64,000 nucleotides of DNA from an uncultured Lentisphaera sp. (GCA_964426675.1 CAYRRM010000002.1:1-64000); one strand, 5' to 3'; shown: positions 50,196-63,319, counted from the first letter of the stretch. Made by a program: numbers and translations. The notes: a model not told the origin generated them from the sequence alone.

Positions 50196-50282
50196 CACAT
50201 TTTTCGATATTTTATTTTTTCGCATTTAAACTCGAAGGTAAAAACATTGTGTCCCACCTTTATATGCAACTTGCAGTAGTTT
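50196..50282. repeat. R2 repeat copy A
   Basis: See 30478-30548. It lies in the spacer between tRNA-Val and the groEL terminator, with no adjacent gene start. Confidence 0.7.
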
Positions 50283-50378
50283 TTAAACAATGTCGTTTTA
50301 ACGCTTAATATATCTACGACTGTTTTTTGTAAAATGGCAGTGTGAGTGAAATTCAGCTTCTGGCAAGGTATAAAAAAA

Positions 50379-50404
50379 AAAGGCGCGCAAGGCGCGCCTT
50401 TTCT
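50379..50404. terminator. bidirectional rho-independent terminator (GC palindrome AAAGGCGCGCAAGGCGCGCCTTT flanked by A10/T-runs)
   Basis: It lies immediately after the groEL stop on the minus strand and about 300 nt after tRNA-Val on the plus strand. Confidence 0.8.
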
Positions 50405-50415
50405 GAGGAATTTAA

Positions 50416-52059
<1,644 letters not shown>

Positions 52060-52081
52060 TTATTTTATCTTTTACTTAAAT

Positions 52082-52378
52082 TTATTCAACTATTGCAAGA
52101 ATATCGCTTTGACTAAGGATTTTATACTCTTTATCATTGTATTTTACTTCGGTTCCACCATATTTACTCATCAGTATGGTGTCACCTACTTTTACATCGA
52201 ATGGGATTTTATTTCCTTTTTCATCAAGTTTGCCAGTTCCCAATGCTATTACTTTTCCTTCCATAGGTTTTTCTTTTGCGGAATCAGGAATTACAATTCC
52301 GCCTTTAACTTGTTCTTTCTCTTCAACCGGTTCAACAAGGATACGGTCTCCGAGTGGTTTGATGTTGACTTTGCTCAT
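52082..52378 (-). CDS. groS: co-chaperonin GroES
   Basis: The 98-aa product carries [33 protein letters not shown]. Confidence 0.95.
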   Translation of the reverse strand: MSKVNIKPLGDRILVEPVEEKEQVKGGIVIPDSAKEKPMEGKVIALGTGKLDEKGNKIPFDVKVGDTILMSKYGGTEVKYNDKEYKILSQSDILAIVE

Positions 52379-52423
52379 TTTTTTCTCCTTTTTTTTTGTT
52401 TTTTTGGTTGAGTGTTTTATTTG

Positions 52424-54355
52424 TTAATTTTCATCGTCAATTACTTCTGCGTCAACGACTTTTTCATCGCTTTTTGTGTTTTGTTTATTTTTTTCTTCTT
52501 TTTTTTCCTTGTTTGAGTTTGTGAAAGAAGACGGGTCTGGAGTTTTCCCTGCGCCTCCTGCATTTTTATATATTTCTTCTCCCATTTTTTGGAGAAGTGA
52601 TTCGAGTTCACCGAGGGCTTTTTTCATTTCATCGGTATCGTCTTTATCTTTTGCTTTCTTTAGTTGTTCTATCTTATCTTTTATTGGTTTTTTGACATTT
52701 TCTGGCAATTTATCTTCAAATTCCTTCATTTGTTTTTCGGTCTGATAAATTGTAGAGTCTGTTCTATTTCTGAGTTCAACTTTTTCTTTTTCAAGTTTAT
52801 CTTGTTGAGAGTATTTTTCAGCTTCTTTTACCATTTTTTCAATATCTTCTTGACTCAGACCTGAACTTGCGGTTATCGTTATTTTTTGTTCTTTTCCTGT
52901 TCCGAGATCTTTTGCTGTTACGTGTAGTATCCCATTTGCATCTATGTCAAAAGTTACTTCTATTTGAGGAACACCTCTTGGGGCTGGTGGTATTCCATCA
53001 AGTCTGAATCGGCCAATACTTTTATTATCTTTTGCCATTGGCCTTTCTCCCTGCAATACATGTATATCAACAGAAGGTTGATTATCGGAAGCCGTGCTAA
53101 AAATTTCACTCTTTCTTGTTGGAATAGTAGTATTTCTTTCTATAAGTCTGGTCATCACACCTCCAAGGGTTTCAATTCCTAAAGAAAGCGGTGTGACATC
53201 GAGTAAAACGACATCTTGAACCTGTCCTCCAAGTACTCCTCCTTGAATAGCTGCTCCGATAGCGACAACTTCATCCGGATTAACGCCCTTATGAGGTTCT
53301 TTACCAAAGAATTTCTTTGCAGTTTCAATAACCCTAGGCATTCTGGTTTGTCCTCCGACAAGTATAACTTCTTTAATATCTGAAGTTTTTAAGCCGGAAT
53401 CTTTCATACAATTTTCAACAGGCTTTATTGTTTTTTCAACCAGGTGGTCAACAAGTTCTTCAAGTTTTGCTCTCGTAAGTGTCATTGTAAGATGTTTAGG
53501 CCCAGAAGCATCTGCTGTAATAAAAGGAAGGTTTATCTCTGTTGTCATGTTCGTAGAGAGTTCGCATTTTGCTTTTTCAGCAGCTTCTTTTAACCTTTGA
53601 AGAGCTTGAGGATCTTTTGTTAAATCTATCCCATTTTCTTTCTTGAATTCGGCAACAATCCAGTTTATTATAGCTTGATCAAAATCATCTCCTCCAAGGT
53701 GAGTATCTCCATTCGTTGCTTTAACTTCAAAAACACCATCACCAATTTCAAGAATGGATATATCGAATGTTCCACCGCCAAGGTCATAAACAGCTACGGC
53801 TTCATCTTTTTTCTTATCGAGGCCGTACGCAAGAGCAGCGGCAGTAGGTTCATTTATAATTCTTTTTACATCGAGTCCTGCTATCTTTCCAGCGTCTTTT
53901 GTTGCCTGTCTTTGACTGTCATTAAAATAAGCAGGAACAGTGATTACAGCTTCTTTTATTTCTTCTCCTAAGTAGGCTTCAGCATCCGATTTAAGTTTTT
54001 GTAGTATCATTGCGGAAATTTCAGGCGGAGAATAAATTTTATCACCAATTTTTACATGAGCATCGCCATTTTTAGCTTCGACAACTTCATACGGAACTAA
54101 TTCCAATTCTCTTTTTACTTCACTATATTTTCTACCCATAAAGCGTTTTATCGAAAAGATGGTGTTTTTAGGATTTGTAACAGCCTGGCGTTTTGCTGTC
54201 TGTCCCACTAATCTTTCACCACTTTTTGTAAAAGCCACAACAGAAGGAGTAGTTCTCATTCCTTCTCTATTAGGAATAACTTTTATTTCACCATGATCCA
54301 TTACAGCCATACAGTTGTTGGTTGTCCCCAAATCTATTCCAAGAATTTTACCCAT
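52424..54355 (-). CDS. dnaK: molecular chaperone DnaK (Hsp70)
   Basis: The start is at M18 ([14 protein letters not shown]), with a GGAG RBS 8 nt upstream. The ORF-track N-terminal extension is unlikely to be translated. Confidence 0.96.
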   Translation of the reverse strand: MGKILGIDLGTTNNCMAVMDHGEIKVIPNREGMRTTPSVVAFTKSGERLVGQTAKRQAVTNPKNTIFSIKRFMGRKYSEVKRELELVPYEVVEAKNGDAHVKIGDKIYSPPEISAMILQKLKSDAEAYLGEEIKEAVITVPAYFNDSQRQATKDAGKIAGLDVKRIINEPTAAALAYGLDKKKDEAVAVYDLGGGTFDISILEIGDGVFEVKATNGDTHLGGDDFDQAIINWIVAEFKKENGIDLTKDPQALQRLKEAAEKAKCELSTNMTTEINLPFITADASGPKHLTMTLTRAKLEELVDHLVEKTIKPVENCMKDSGLKTSDIKEVILVGGQTRMPRVIETAKKFFGKEPHKGVNPDEVVAIGAAIQGGVLGGQVQDVVLLDVTPLSLGIETLGGVMTRLIERNTTIPTRKSEIFSTASDNQPSVDIHVLQGERPMAKDNKSIGRFRLDGIPPAPRGVPQIEVTFDIDANGILHVTAKDLGTGKEQKITITASSGLSQEDIEKMVKEAEKYSQQDKLEKEKVELRNRTDSTIYQTEKQMKEFEDKLPENVKKPIKDKIEQLKKAKDKDDTDEMKKALGELESLLQKMGEEIYKNAGGAGKTPDPSSFTNSNKEKKEEKNKQNTKSDEKVVDAEVIDDEN

Positions 54356-54763
54356 AATCTTACTCCATTTTTTTTTGCCTAACTTCATTAGCAATAAATA
54401 TGCCATATATTTTTAAAAAATTATAACATATTAAAGATAAATGAATTATAAATAAATGAATAAGAAAAAGGTAAATCAATATTCAGGTTTTTTGCTAAAA
54501 CCTGTCTCACATATGAGACACTATGACACTATTTCACTTAATTCTCCTATTTCTTAGGATAAAATTCGTTTATTTATGTTTGTATATGAGTGTCACAGGA
54601 TAATAGGTAGAGTTTCTTGTGCATTAAACATATACAAACAGTTAGAAATGCCAGGTCTCATTGAATTTGGAACTAAGCACAGGGGGAAAGCAATGAGGAG
54701 GTAGATTTATCGCAAAACGCGATATAATTAGGAATTTTTCAATAAATTACAGGGGGCACTGTT

Positions 54764-55804
54764 TTACCTTGCTTGCGACACAGAGGCTCTTTCTATTAAC
54801 TTAGGTATCAACTTTAATTCGTGAATACTTTCAAAACCTTGTTGATTTTCTATTTTTGAGAATATTGTCTCAACAGCATTTTTACCGAGTGCTGCTCCAT
54901 CTATTGCTACGGTAGTTAACGGAGGGTCTATCATTTCACCAAAAGAAATATTATCAAAACCAACAATTGAGATATCATCCGGCACTTTTACACCCATATT
55001 TTTAAGGGTTTTTATAAGATTAATAGCAATCATATCGTCGTATGCGAAAATCGCAGTCGGAGAATACGGAGAGTTAAAAATTCCTTCTATCATCTCAATA
55101 TACTGATCTGAATCCCTATCTTCAGTGCATAAATTAACAACCTTACTTTCTAAAGAGGCGTTTTCCATACTCATCTTGTATGCCGTAAATCTGACCTGTA
55201 CTGTTAATTCTGGTTCTTCCGGACATAAATAGACGATTTTTTTATGTCCTTTTGATATTAAGTATTCTGTCATCATTTGAACTCCTAAAGAATCGTCGAA
55301 ACTTACAATATCACATTTAAGTCCAAAAATCTTCTTTAAGGAAACGAGAGGTTTTTGAGACGCCACTTTGTTTAACATTTGTACAGTTTTTCTATGTTCA
55401 CAAGGGGTGATTATTATCCCATCAACTTGTCCGGATTTCATTCGTGTGAGAATTTTCTCCTGATTTTCAATGTTATTATCGACCAGAGATAATAAGGCAG
55501 AATATCCTTTTGATATTGTATACTTTTCTATTTCTGTTACCATTTCACATAAAAATGGATTTCTTAAATCTGGCACAATTATTCCTATGCACTCTGTTTT
55601 TCCTTTTACTAACCTTCTGGCACTCATATCTGGATAATATCCCATTCTTTTGGCTGCTTCAAGAATGCGTTGACGTGTTTCAGGATTTATATCTTTACGA
55701 TTATCATTGAAGGCCCTGGACACCGTGCCTCGTGAGATTCCAAGGGCCGTTGCTACATCATTGATAGAAATTTTCTTCTTTAATCTTTGCTTTTTTTTTA
55801 ACAT
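54764..55804 (-). CDS. LacI-family transcriptional regulator
   Basis: The N-terminal HTH is ISINDVATALGISRGTVSRAFN, followed by a PBP1 sugar-binding domain. Confidence 0.85.
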   Translation of the reverse strand: MLKKKQRLKKKISINDVATALGISRGTVSRAFNDNRKDINPETRQRILEAAKRMGYYPDMSARRLVKGKTECIGIIVPDLRNPFLCEMVTEIEKYTISKGYSALLSLVDNNIENQEKILTRMKSGQVDGIIITPCEHRKTVQMLNKVASQKPLVSLKKIFGLKCDIVSFDDSLGVQMMTEYLISKGHKKIVYLCPEEPELTVQVRFTAYKMSMENASLESKVVNLCTEDRDSDQYIEMIEGIFNSPYSPTAIFAYDDMIAINLIKTLKNMGVKVPDDISIVGFDNISFGEMIDPPLTTVAIDGAALGKNAVETIFSKIENQQGFESIHELKLIPKLIERASVSQAR

Positions 55805-56141
55805 ATAACTCGTGAGTGCTTTTCATTAGTTATTATAAGGCAAGAAAAATGAAATTCAAGTTTTTTTCTTAATCTTCCGTGAACGATAATTATTAGCCCT
55901 TTAATTTAGAAATTATTTTAAATCTTATTAATTTTGTAGTTCTATCGATAAAAGGAAGCAAATATTTCATTCAATCATTTAATAAAAGTATTTGGATGCC
56001 TCAGGTAATATGGAGTACATTTTCCAAAAAAAATTGGAAAATAGCCTGCCAAATCTATTGCTGTTATACCTTTTAACTAAAGATTTCTCAGGATATTTTT
56101 TAAGGTTCAATGGAAAATTTAGGTAAAAAACAAAAAAAAAC

Positions 56142-56170
56142 TTGAAATTGATGTCGATATCAATTATAAT
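56142..56170 (+). promoter_or_regulatory. sigma-70-like promoter (TTGAAA-N17-TATAAT) with embedded LacI-type palindromic operator TGATGTCGATATCA (56149-56162)
   Basis: The hexamers and spacing were read directly. The operator fits the TGnnnnCGnnnnCA family and lies 30 nt upstream of the LacI-family gene start. Confidence 0.55.
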
Positions 56171-56199
56171 ATCGATATTAAAATTATTTGAGGTCTGTT

Positions 56200-57165
56200 A
56201 TGACATTAAAAGATGTTGCTGAGGATGCTGGTGTTGCTTTAAACACTGCGCGAAAAGCATTGCAAGGTGATTCCAGTGTCAGACACTACATAAGAGATCG
56301 TGTTATAAGATCTGCGAAAAAGCTTTCTTACACGCCAAACATATTGGCGCGAGGTTTACGCGTAAAGAGCTTGAATCTTGTTCCAATATCTGTGATAAAG
56401 ATGAATGAGGCTTATTTTGGCTCTCTCGCTATTAACATTTCGGATTGTCTTGTTTCTGCCGGGTTCGAGCCACTTCTCTGCACTCAGCCCTCTCGTTTGA
56501 TTGAGATAAACAAAACACTACACTCTTGTGCGTGCATATTTTGTTATGCGGTTGATGAAACGATGGTAAGGTCTTTGGCAAACTCTCAGAAGGTTGTTAC
56601 AATCAATGCTCCGGAATATTCAATTCACAATGCAGGTAATGTGATATGTGACTTTGACTCGGGTTACATTGATGCAACTAATTACGTTATTTCTACAGGC
56701 AGGACGAGAGTGGCCATTTTATCTGATTACTATACGGAATGTGTGGAATTGGGCAAGCCGCTTTTGAAATTCGGAAAAGTTCCGGAAACGCTTGCTGACT
56801 CTGGTTTAAAACTTGTTTCGCCTCGGAACGTGCCATCGTTTAGAAACGAGGCCGAGCTCGCTGATTTTCTGTCAAGGTCAAGAAAAAATAAAGTGGACGC
56901 TGTTTTTTGCGAGAACGATGTCATCGCTGCAAAGCTATATTCTATTCTTGCATCGATGGGATATCGCATTCCGGAAGATGTTTTAATAATTGGTTGTGAT
57001 GCGAATATTCCTTTGGAAGGATGCCTCAGCATGAAAATTGACTGTGCTGATATAGCCAAAAAGGCGGTTTCAGTTCTTAGGAAACTTTTCGAGGGAGAGG
57101 GAAAATCCATTATTGAACTTTCAATACCATATCTAGTTAATTCAAAAGGCAAAAGAATAATATAG
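56200..57165 (+). CDS. LacI-family transcriptional regulator
   Basis: The HTH is [19 protein letters not shown]. The ATG at 56200 has a GAGG 6 nt upstream. The TTG at 56188 proposed in the ORF track is less likely. Confidence 0.8.
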   Translation: MTLKDVAEDAGVALNTARKALQGDSSVRHYIRDRVIRSAKKLSYTPNILARGLRVKSLNLVPISVIKMNEAYFGSLAINISDCLVSAGFEPLLCTQPSRLIEINKTLHSCACIFCYAVDETMVRSLANSQKVVTINAPEYSIHNAGNVICDFDSGYIDATNYVISTGRTRVAILSDYYTECVELGKPLLKFGKVPETLADSGLKLVSPRNVPSFRNEAELADFLSRSRKNKVDAVFCENDVIAAKLYSILASMGYRIPEDVLIIGCDANIPLEGCLSMKIDCADIAKKAVSVLRKLFEGEGKSIIELSIPYLVNSKGKRII

Positions 57166-57175
57166 GAGGTGGAAA

Positions 57176-57868
57176 ATGGTGAGAGAAAAAATGAGTAGTA
57201 AGTTCACTTTGATTGAATTGTTGGTTGTGATTGCGATAATTGCGATTCTCGCAGCGTTGTTACTGCCATCGCTCAAGAGCGCGAAGGACACAGCGAAGAT
57301 GTCGCTATGCAAGAGCAACATGAAACAATTGTATTATGGATTTCAAAACTATGCCGACGACTGGAGTGGATACATGCCCTACCTCGGAGAGGGTGCATCG
57401 TCTCGCTGGAATCAAAACCATGTCTCCAGAATCGCCGAATATTGGAGGAAAGGGAATCTCGTCCCATCGGCATCAAGCGTTGAATTTTGTCCCTCTTACA
57501 CAAAATGGAAAGGGGATTACGCCTACAACAGAGGAGCAATAGCATGTAACCAGCAATTGGGCTCCACCCAGTTCTACGCAACTGTCAGAAGTTGGTATAA
57601 GATTGCCAGGCCGAGCCTAACCGTCGCCTTTCTCGACGGCCTCATCGAGCGCAGTTGTACATACTTCGGTCAGTTGCCGGGAATAACAGGACTCGATTGG
57701 AATACCAGCGAGAATGCAATGAACAGCAACTACAACTACGAGAAACGGCATTTCAGGGGGACGAACATCATCTTTGCCGATGGCCATGCGTCCTATGCCA
57801 AGGAACTCAAGCCGATGAATCTATCCAAGGAACTAACCGTCCTCCACGATGCCAGCGATATCAATTGA
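57176..57868 (+). CDS. prepilin-type N-terminal cleavage/methylation domain protein with DUF1559-like domain
   Basis: [29 protein letters not shown] is the prepilin-type TM helix. An AGGAGGTGG RBS is present. GC content is higher than the genome background. Confidence 0.8.
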   Translation: MVREKMSSKFTLIELLVVIAIIAILAALLLPSLKSAKDTAKMSLCKSNMKQLYYGFQNYADDWSGYMPYLGEGASSRWNQNHVSRIAEYWRKGNLVPSASSVEFCPSYTKWKGDYAYNRGAIACNQQLGSTQFYATVRSWYKIARPSLTVAFLDGLIERSCTYFGQLPGITGLDWNTSENAMNSNYNYEKRHFRGTNIIFADGHASYAKELKPMNLSKELTVLHDASDIN

Positions 57869-57882
57869 ATAGTTTACGAATC

Positions 57883-57910
57883 CGGCTAATGGCCGGTTTC
57901 GCCGAAACCG
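57883..57910 (+). terminator. tandem GC hairpins (CCGGCTAATGGCCGG, CGGTTTCGCCGAAACCG) downstream of the DUF1559 gene
   Basis: The inverted repeats were read directly. The U-tract is weak. Confidence 0.4.
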
Positions 57911-58304
57911 CTGCGGACGGCTCGGAGAGCCATCCCTACCAGAGAATGTAAACAATATGATGACCTCATTAGTAACTGATGAGCCTGCTGCAATTTCTTA
58001 CAAAGAGTAGGACAAGAAACGAAAAATTTAAGTCCTTCCCCTCTCATCCTACACATCAGACTCAGAAAACGCAAAAATATGAATTAATACTGAATTGCTC
58101 ATATCGTGTAAATAGGAATTAAGATGGAATTTCTTCAAATGAGAAAAAATAAAATTCTTCCCATTTCTGGGTAATAATGCCCCCAGCTACTCACTTACTT
58201 TGATTCCAATCCTGAGACACATCTCATAATTTTAAAAGTATTTTTGAATATATATTTACTGATGATAGATTATAGCATTTTGAACTTATCATGGAAAGCG
58301 ATTA

Positions 58305-59600
58305 ATGAAGATTTTAGATACAAAAAATAAAAACGATTTGAACAGCCTTTTTGCTCTTTTTAATAGAGACGCTTATCCAAAGCAAATAGAAAAAGAGCTT
58401 TCTCTGATTCTTGAGGAAGTAGCGCAAAAAGGGGATAAAGCAGTTGCGAAGTTCGCAAGGAAATTCGATGGTATAGAATTACAAAAGGATATGTTCAGGA
58501 TAAAGGAAGATGAATTTAAAGAAGCGGAAAAAAATCTTAATGATGAAGTGAAAAAAAGCATACTGTTTGCAATTAATAATATTCAAGATTTTGCGAAGAG
58601 ACAAATTCCTAAAAGTTATAGATTTTCTCCGCGGAAAGGTGTTATTTTAGGGGAAAAATTCACACCTCTCAACAGAGTTGCTGTTTATATTCCCGGAGGG
58701 ACGGCACCTCTTGTTTCTACCGCAATACACACTATCGCTATTGCAAAAATTGCAGGTGTTAAAGAAATAGTAGCTACAACACCCCCAGGAGAGAAAGGAA
58801 AGATTCCAGATGCCATACTTTTTGCAATGAAAAATGCTGGAATAACTGAGGCTTACAGACTTGGCGGAGTATATGGAATTGCTGCTTTAGCTTACGGCAC
58901 TGAAAGTATTAAAAAAGTTGAAAAGATTGTTGGCCCCGGTAATGCATATGTGACCGCGGCAAAGAAAATGATTTATGGAAAAACCGGGATAGACATGGTC
59001 GCAGGCCCCTCCGAAATTATGATAATCGCTGATTCTTCCGCAAAATCAAAATTCATTGCTGCGGATTTATTATCTCAGGCTGAACATGGAAGCGGATTTG
59101 AACAATCTGTCCTGCTTACAAATGATAAAAAACTCATCGAGAAAACTGCTCACGAAATAGAAAAATTGTCAAATGATATAATAAAAAAGTCAAAACCTTT
59201 AAAAAAAGTAATTGAAAACGGATTATTTCTCGTTTTAGTTAGAAATTTAGAAGAAGCTGCGAAAATCGCGTCTGAATATGCACCAGAACACCTTGAAATA
59301 TTATGCGAAAATCCAGAACGAGTTGCAAATAAAATTTCAGCTGCTGGGGCAATTTTTATAGGATGTTGGACACCTGAGGCTGTAGGTGACTATGTAGCAG
59401 GTCCGAGTCATGTATTGCCAACGGGAGGAACAGCAAAATTTTTTAATGGTTTGTCTACTGAACATTTTTTTCGCAGAAGCAGCATAATAAAATATTCAAA
59501 GGATGCCCTTAAGAAAGAGTCGAATGCTATCATGAAAATAGCTGAATTAGAAGGACTTGACGCTCATAAGTTAAGTGTAAAGCTAAGAGTTGAAAGTTAA
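58305..59600 (+). CDS. hisD: histidinol dehydrogenase
   Basis: GPGNAYVTAAKKMIYG...AGPSEIMIIAD...SQAEHG is the HisD signature. Confidence 0.93.
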   Translation: MKILDTKNKNDLNSLFALFNRDAYPKQIEKELSLILEEVAQKGDKAVAKFARKFDGIELQKDMFRIKEDEFKEAEKNLNDEVKKSILFAINNIQDFAKRQIPKSYRFSPRKGVILGEKFTPLNRVAVYIPGGTAPLVSTAIHTIAIAKIAGVKEIVATTPPGEKGKIPDAILFAMKNAGITEAYRLGGVYGIAALAYGTESIKKVEKIVGPGNAYVTAAKKMIYGKTGIDMVAGPSEIMIIADSSAKSKFIAADLLSQAEHGSGFEQSVLLTNDKKLIEKTAHEIEKLSNDIIKKSKPLKKVIENGLFLVLVRNLEEAAKIASEYAPEHLEILCENPERVANKISAAGAIFIGCWTPEAVGDYVAGPSHVLPTGGTAKFFNGLSTEHFFRRSSIIKYSKDALKKESNAIMKIAELEGLDAHKLSVKLRVES

Positions 59601-59605
59601 TAGAT

Positions 59606-60940
59606 ATGCCAAAATTATCTCCATCAATTCCATTGGATAAAGATTTCGTTGAGAATGAAGTCAATAATCTGCATATAAAGTCTCTTTCTACAGCAAGTAT
59701 CAGGGAAATTGTAAAACTCGCTCACAATATTGAAAATAAAAGTGGGCTTAGATTTATCCATATGGAAATGGGCGTTCCTGGTTTACCACCGAATCCAATT
59801 GGAGTAAAAGCTCAGATAAAAGCCCTTAAAAAGGGAATTGCCGCGAAATATCCCCATATTGAGGGTATTCCTGAACTAAAAGAGGCTATTGCGAAATTCG
59901 CAAAATTATTTATGAATCTCGATATTTCCCCAGAACATTGTTATCCTACTGTAGGTTCAATGCAAGGAGGATTTGCCGCCTTTATGACATTGTGTCGGAG
60001 AGAAGCTAACAGGAAGACTTTATTTATTGACCCGGGCTTTCCAGTTCAGAAACAGCAGCACAGAGTTTTGGGGTTGAAATATGAAAGCTTTGATATTTAC
60101 GATTACAGGGGTGAAAAACTTGAAAATAAACTTAAATCATACCTGGAAAATGCAGATATTTCTACGATAGTTTATTCCTCTCCAAATAATCCATCCTGGA
60201 TAGTTTTTACCGAAGATGAACTTAAAATTATAGGTAAACTTTGTCAGAAATACGATGTTGTCGCAGTTGAAGATTTTGCGTACTTTGCAATGGACTTTAG
60301 AAAAGACTACTCAAAACCAGGTCATTTCCACCCAAGCATCTCAAAATATACTGACAATTACTTGATTCTTCTTTCAAGTTCAAAAGTTTTCAGTTATGCA
60401 GGGGAGAGAATATCGGCAATGATAATATCACCTGCTCTTGCTTCGAGGAATTTTCCAGAACTTATCAAATTTTTTGGAACAGAAAATTTAGAACATGCTC
60501 TAATATATGGGGCTCTTTATACTCTTTCCTCAGGCACAAGCCATTCTGCTCAATATGCACTAAGTGCCATGCTCGAATCAGCTAACAAAGGCGAAGATTT
60601 TATTACTCCAGTCAAAGAATATGGAAGGCGGGCAAAAAAAATGAAGGAAATTTTTCTTAGAAATTCCTTTAAGCTTGTTTATGATAATGATGCCGGTGAA
60701 GAATTGGCTGATGGGTTTTATTTTACCTTAGAATACCCCGGAATGAATAGTGAAGAACTCCTTCAGGAGTTACTTAGATACGGTATCAGTGCAATATCAC
60801 TTAAAATCACGGGAAGTCAGAGCAACACTGGAATTAGAGCCTGTGTTTCAATGGTTGATGAAAAAAAAATTGCTGACCTTGAAAAAAGGATTACACTCTT
60901 TTCTTCCCTGAACAAAAAAACTAACAATACAAGGAAATAA
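59606..60940 (+). CDS. class I/II PLP-dependent aminotransferase (possibly a histidinol-phosphate aminotransferase analogue)
   Basis: The PLP-lysine region is SSSKVFSYAGERIS. The gene is 6 nt downstream of hisD. At 444 aa it is longer than canonical HisC. Confidence 0.55.
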   Translation: MPKLSPSIPLDKDFVENEVNNLHIKSLSTASIREIVKLAHNIENKSGLRFIHMEMGVPGLPPNPIGVKAQIKALKKGIAAKYPHIEGIPELKEAIAKFAKLFMNLDISPEHCYPTVGSMQGGFAAFMTLCRREANRKTLFIDPGFPVQKQQHRVLGLKYESFDIYDYRGEKLENKLKSYLENADISTIVYSSPNNPSWIVFTEDELKIIGKLCQKYDVVAVEDFAYFAMDFRKDYSKPGHFHPSISKYTDNYLILLSSSKVFSYAGERISAMIISPALASRNFPELIKFFGTENLEHALIYGALYTLSSGTSHSAQYALSAMLESANKGEDFITPVKEYGRRAKKMKEIFLRNSFKLVYDNDAGEELADGFYFTLEYPGMNSEELLQELLRYGISAISLKITGSQSNTGIRACVSMVDEKKIADLEKRITLFSSLNKKTNNTRK

Positions 60941-60943
60941 AAA

Positions 60944-61918
60944 CTACTTAGCGGATTCTTTTATCATATCCATTAATCTTGCAAAACGAAGTCCTACTTC
61001 AGCTGGACATGGATTATTTATCTTTCCTTCTCTGACTTTGAGGAATTGTTCCCAAACTCCTTTAGACTTTTCATATTTTACCTGTCGAAAATCACTATCC
61101 TTATCTTTTTTTATAAGTAATCTTTCACCCCAAATTCCTGTCATTATCACGCCTTTGTCACCGCATATTATAACTTCTGAACTACAATGTACTGAATCTC
61201 CTGCTGCAAGCATAGAAATCATAATACCACTAACAGAAATCGCGGTTATGGATGAATTTATTTCGACAGGAGCTCCGCAATTATCAAAAATAGCGCTTAC
61301 TTTTTTTATATCTTCTCCTAAAATATCAACTACAGTATTTAGCATATGTGAGCCGGTATCAAAAAGGAAACCTCCTCCTGAAATTTCAGGATTTTGTCTC
61401 CACGTACCTTTTGTTCCACTTTTCCATTTTTGATATACGTATGCGGATATCGCTGAGACCCTTCCAATCTCTCCACGTCCGATAATTTCTTTTGCCTTTT
61501 TAATGGCTGGCGATAGACTTCCAGGAAAAGCAACAACAACAAGACGTTTAAGACGATCTCTCAATGAAATAATCTTTTTTGCCTCAGACGTATTCATTAC
61601 CATGGGTTTTTCAATGCAAACATCCATCCCTGCCTCCATACAATCTTTCGCATTTTCAAAATGATACTTATGCGGAGAACAAATGAGCGCAGCATCAGCA
61701 CTTCCCTGTGATTTTATAAAATCTGAAATATTTTCATAGAAAGGAGGACATTTTACTTTGTGCTCATTGAATAATTCAACTGCTTTTTCTCTGGAAAATT
61801 GATTTGGTTCTATAAGGGCAACTATCTTTGTTGAATTTTTCATTTTCAGTAATATTGCATTAATATGATGGCGCGCAAAACCGCCAACTCCAACTATGAT
61901 GCATCTTGTTTTTTTCAT
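60944..61918 (-). CDS. Gfo/Idh/MocA-family NAD(P)-dependent oxidoreductase
   Basis: An N-terminal Rossmann segment CIIVGVGGFARHH and the conserved EKP motif are present. Confidence 0.8.
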   Translation of the reverse strand: MKKTRCIIVGVGGFARHHINAILLKMKNSTKIVALIEPNQFSREKAVELFNEHKVKCPPFYENISDFIKSQGSADAALICSPHKYHFENAKDCMEAGMDVCIEKPMVMNTSEAKKIISLRDRLKRLVVVAFPGSLSPAIKKAKEIIGRGEIGRVSAISAYVYQKWKSGTKGTWRQNPEISGGGFLFDTGSHMLNTVVDILGEDIKKVSAIFDNCGAPVEINSSITAISVSGIMISMLAAGDSVHCSSEVIICGDKGVIMTGIWGERLLIKKDKDSDFRQVKYEKSKGVWEQFLKVREGKINNPCPAEVGLRFARLMDMIKESAK

Positions 61919-61976
61919 ATTTTTTTTCCTCCATTTCTTTTTTGTATTTTTAAAAAAAAAGAGCTTGTATAATACT

Positions 61977-63296
61977 CTAAATTAAATCAAGGAAAGCACC
62001 TTTTTCAATTAATTTTTTGCGAATTTCGCAACCATCAAGTAGATTTACCGGCTTACCTGTTTTTACTGAAGTAGCTGCAGCCATTCCCGCTGCTTGCCCA
62101 ATTGAACATGCTGAAGGCATTACTCGGAAACTGCTATGGATTGCGTGATCTGCTGATATAGGTCTACCGCCTATCAAAAGATTATCACAGTCTTTTGGAA
62201 CTATACAGCCATAAGGTATTTCGTACCATTCTGTTCTCGGCATATGTAATAATTCAGTACCAGTGCCATTAGGATTATGAATATCTATAGGATAATTTAC
62301 TCTGCATATGGCGTCAGGGAATTTTTGTCTGTTTTTAAAAACATCAGATGTTATATAATTTAAGCCTTTTATTCGACGAGTCTCGCGTACTCCAATATGA
62401 TGAGCCATAGAAGATATTGATGCATTTTCAAAACCTGCCACATATTTCCTGAGGAACTTCACTAATTGTCTCACCTGTCTATGTCCTTCAAGTTCCGCTT
62501 CGGACAATTCAATCCCATTTATTCCATTTTTCTTTATAACTCTTGTCGAATTAAAATGAACTGTATTTTCATCTATACACATGAAGAATAATACATCTTC
62601 TCGTGGACAAATAATTTCTCCGCTTTCTTTCGCTTTATTGTAAAGTTCAGTGATTTTTTCACGAGTTGGCATTCTTTTTATGTCAACATTAGACATTTTA
62701 AAACATGTGGTCATTGGTTGACAATATCCAGACGGTCCACCTATTTCAAATTCGCAACCTGCTTTTGCTGCGAGGTCTCCATCTCCTGTACAATCTATAT
62801 AATTTTTTGCCCGTGCTGCCGAATATCCTGATTTAGATAGCAAAACTATGAAGTCTATCTTTCTATCCTTCTTTTTTAAGTCAGCAAGCCAATGATGATA
62901 AATTATTTTTACTCCTGCCTCAAGGCAGATATCTTCAGCTGCTAAAGCTGCGATGTCTTTCTGAATCCTAAGGTCTTCTCGTGCTAACCCCTCTGATTTA
63001 AGTTTTTTAAATGGAGATGAATCAGGATAATATTCTTTCATTCTGCGTACCCAGTCAAAATAAACAGGTTTATCCATGGTATTGTCGGTAAAATGATTTG
63101 GCATAAAAGGTTGAACTTCGCCGATTGATGCCATTCCTCCCAGCACTCCATATCTTTCAATAAGAATGGTATTTGCTCCTTCTCTTGCGCTCATTACTGC
63201 AGCCCCAATACCTCCTGGACCGCCTCCAATAACGATGACATCGGCCTCTGCAATAAGTGGTAAATCCACGTTAAATTCATAGTTCAATTTTTTCAT
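61977..63296 (-). CDS. FAD-dependent oxidoreductase (pfam12831-like)
   Basis: VIVIGGGPGGIGAA is the dinucleotide-binding motif. The start is probably MKKLNYE. Confidence 0.7.
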   Translation of the reverse strand: MKKLNYEFNVDLPLIAEADVIVIGGGPGGIGAAVMSAREGANTILIERYGVLGGMASIGEVQPFMPNHFTDNTMDKPVYFDWVRRMKEYYPDSSPFKKLKSEGLAREDLRIQKDIAALAAEDICLEAGVKIIYHHWLADLKKKDRKIDFIVLLSKSGYSAARAKNYIDCTGDGDLAAKAGCEFEIGGPSGYCQPMTTCFKMSNVDIKRMPTREKITELYNKAKESGEIICPREDVLFFMCIDENTVHFNSTRVIKKNGINGIELSEAELEGHRQVRQLVKFLRKYVAGFENASISSMAHHIGVRETRRIKGLNYITSDVFKNRQKFPDAICRVNYPIDIHNPNGTGTELLHMPRTEWYEIPYGCIVPKDCDNLLIGGRPISADHAIHSSFRVMPSACSIGQAAGMAAATSVKTGKPVNLLDGCEIRKKLIEKGAFLDLI

Positions 63297-63319
63297 TATA
63301 AACACCTCTTTTAATAATT

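Noticed and set aside
52379-52423. CIRCE/HrcA operator upstream of groES and dnaK
   Set aside because: No TTAGCACTC-N9-GAGTGCTAA-like inverted repeat was found in the groES, groEL or dnaK upstream spacers.
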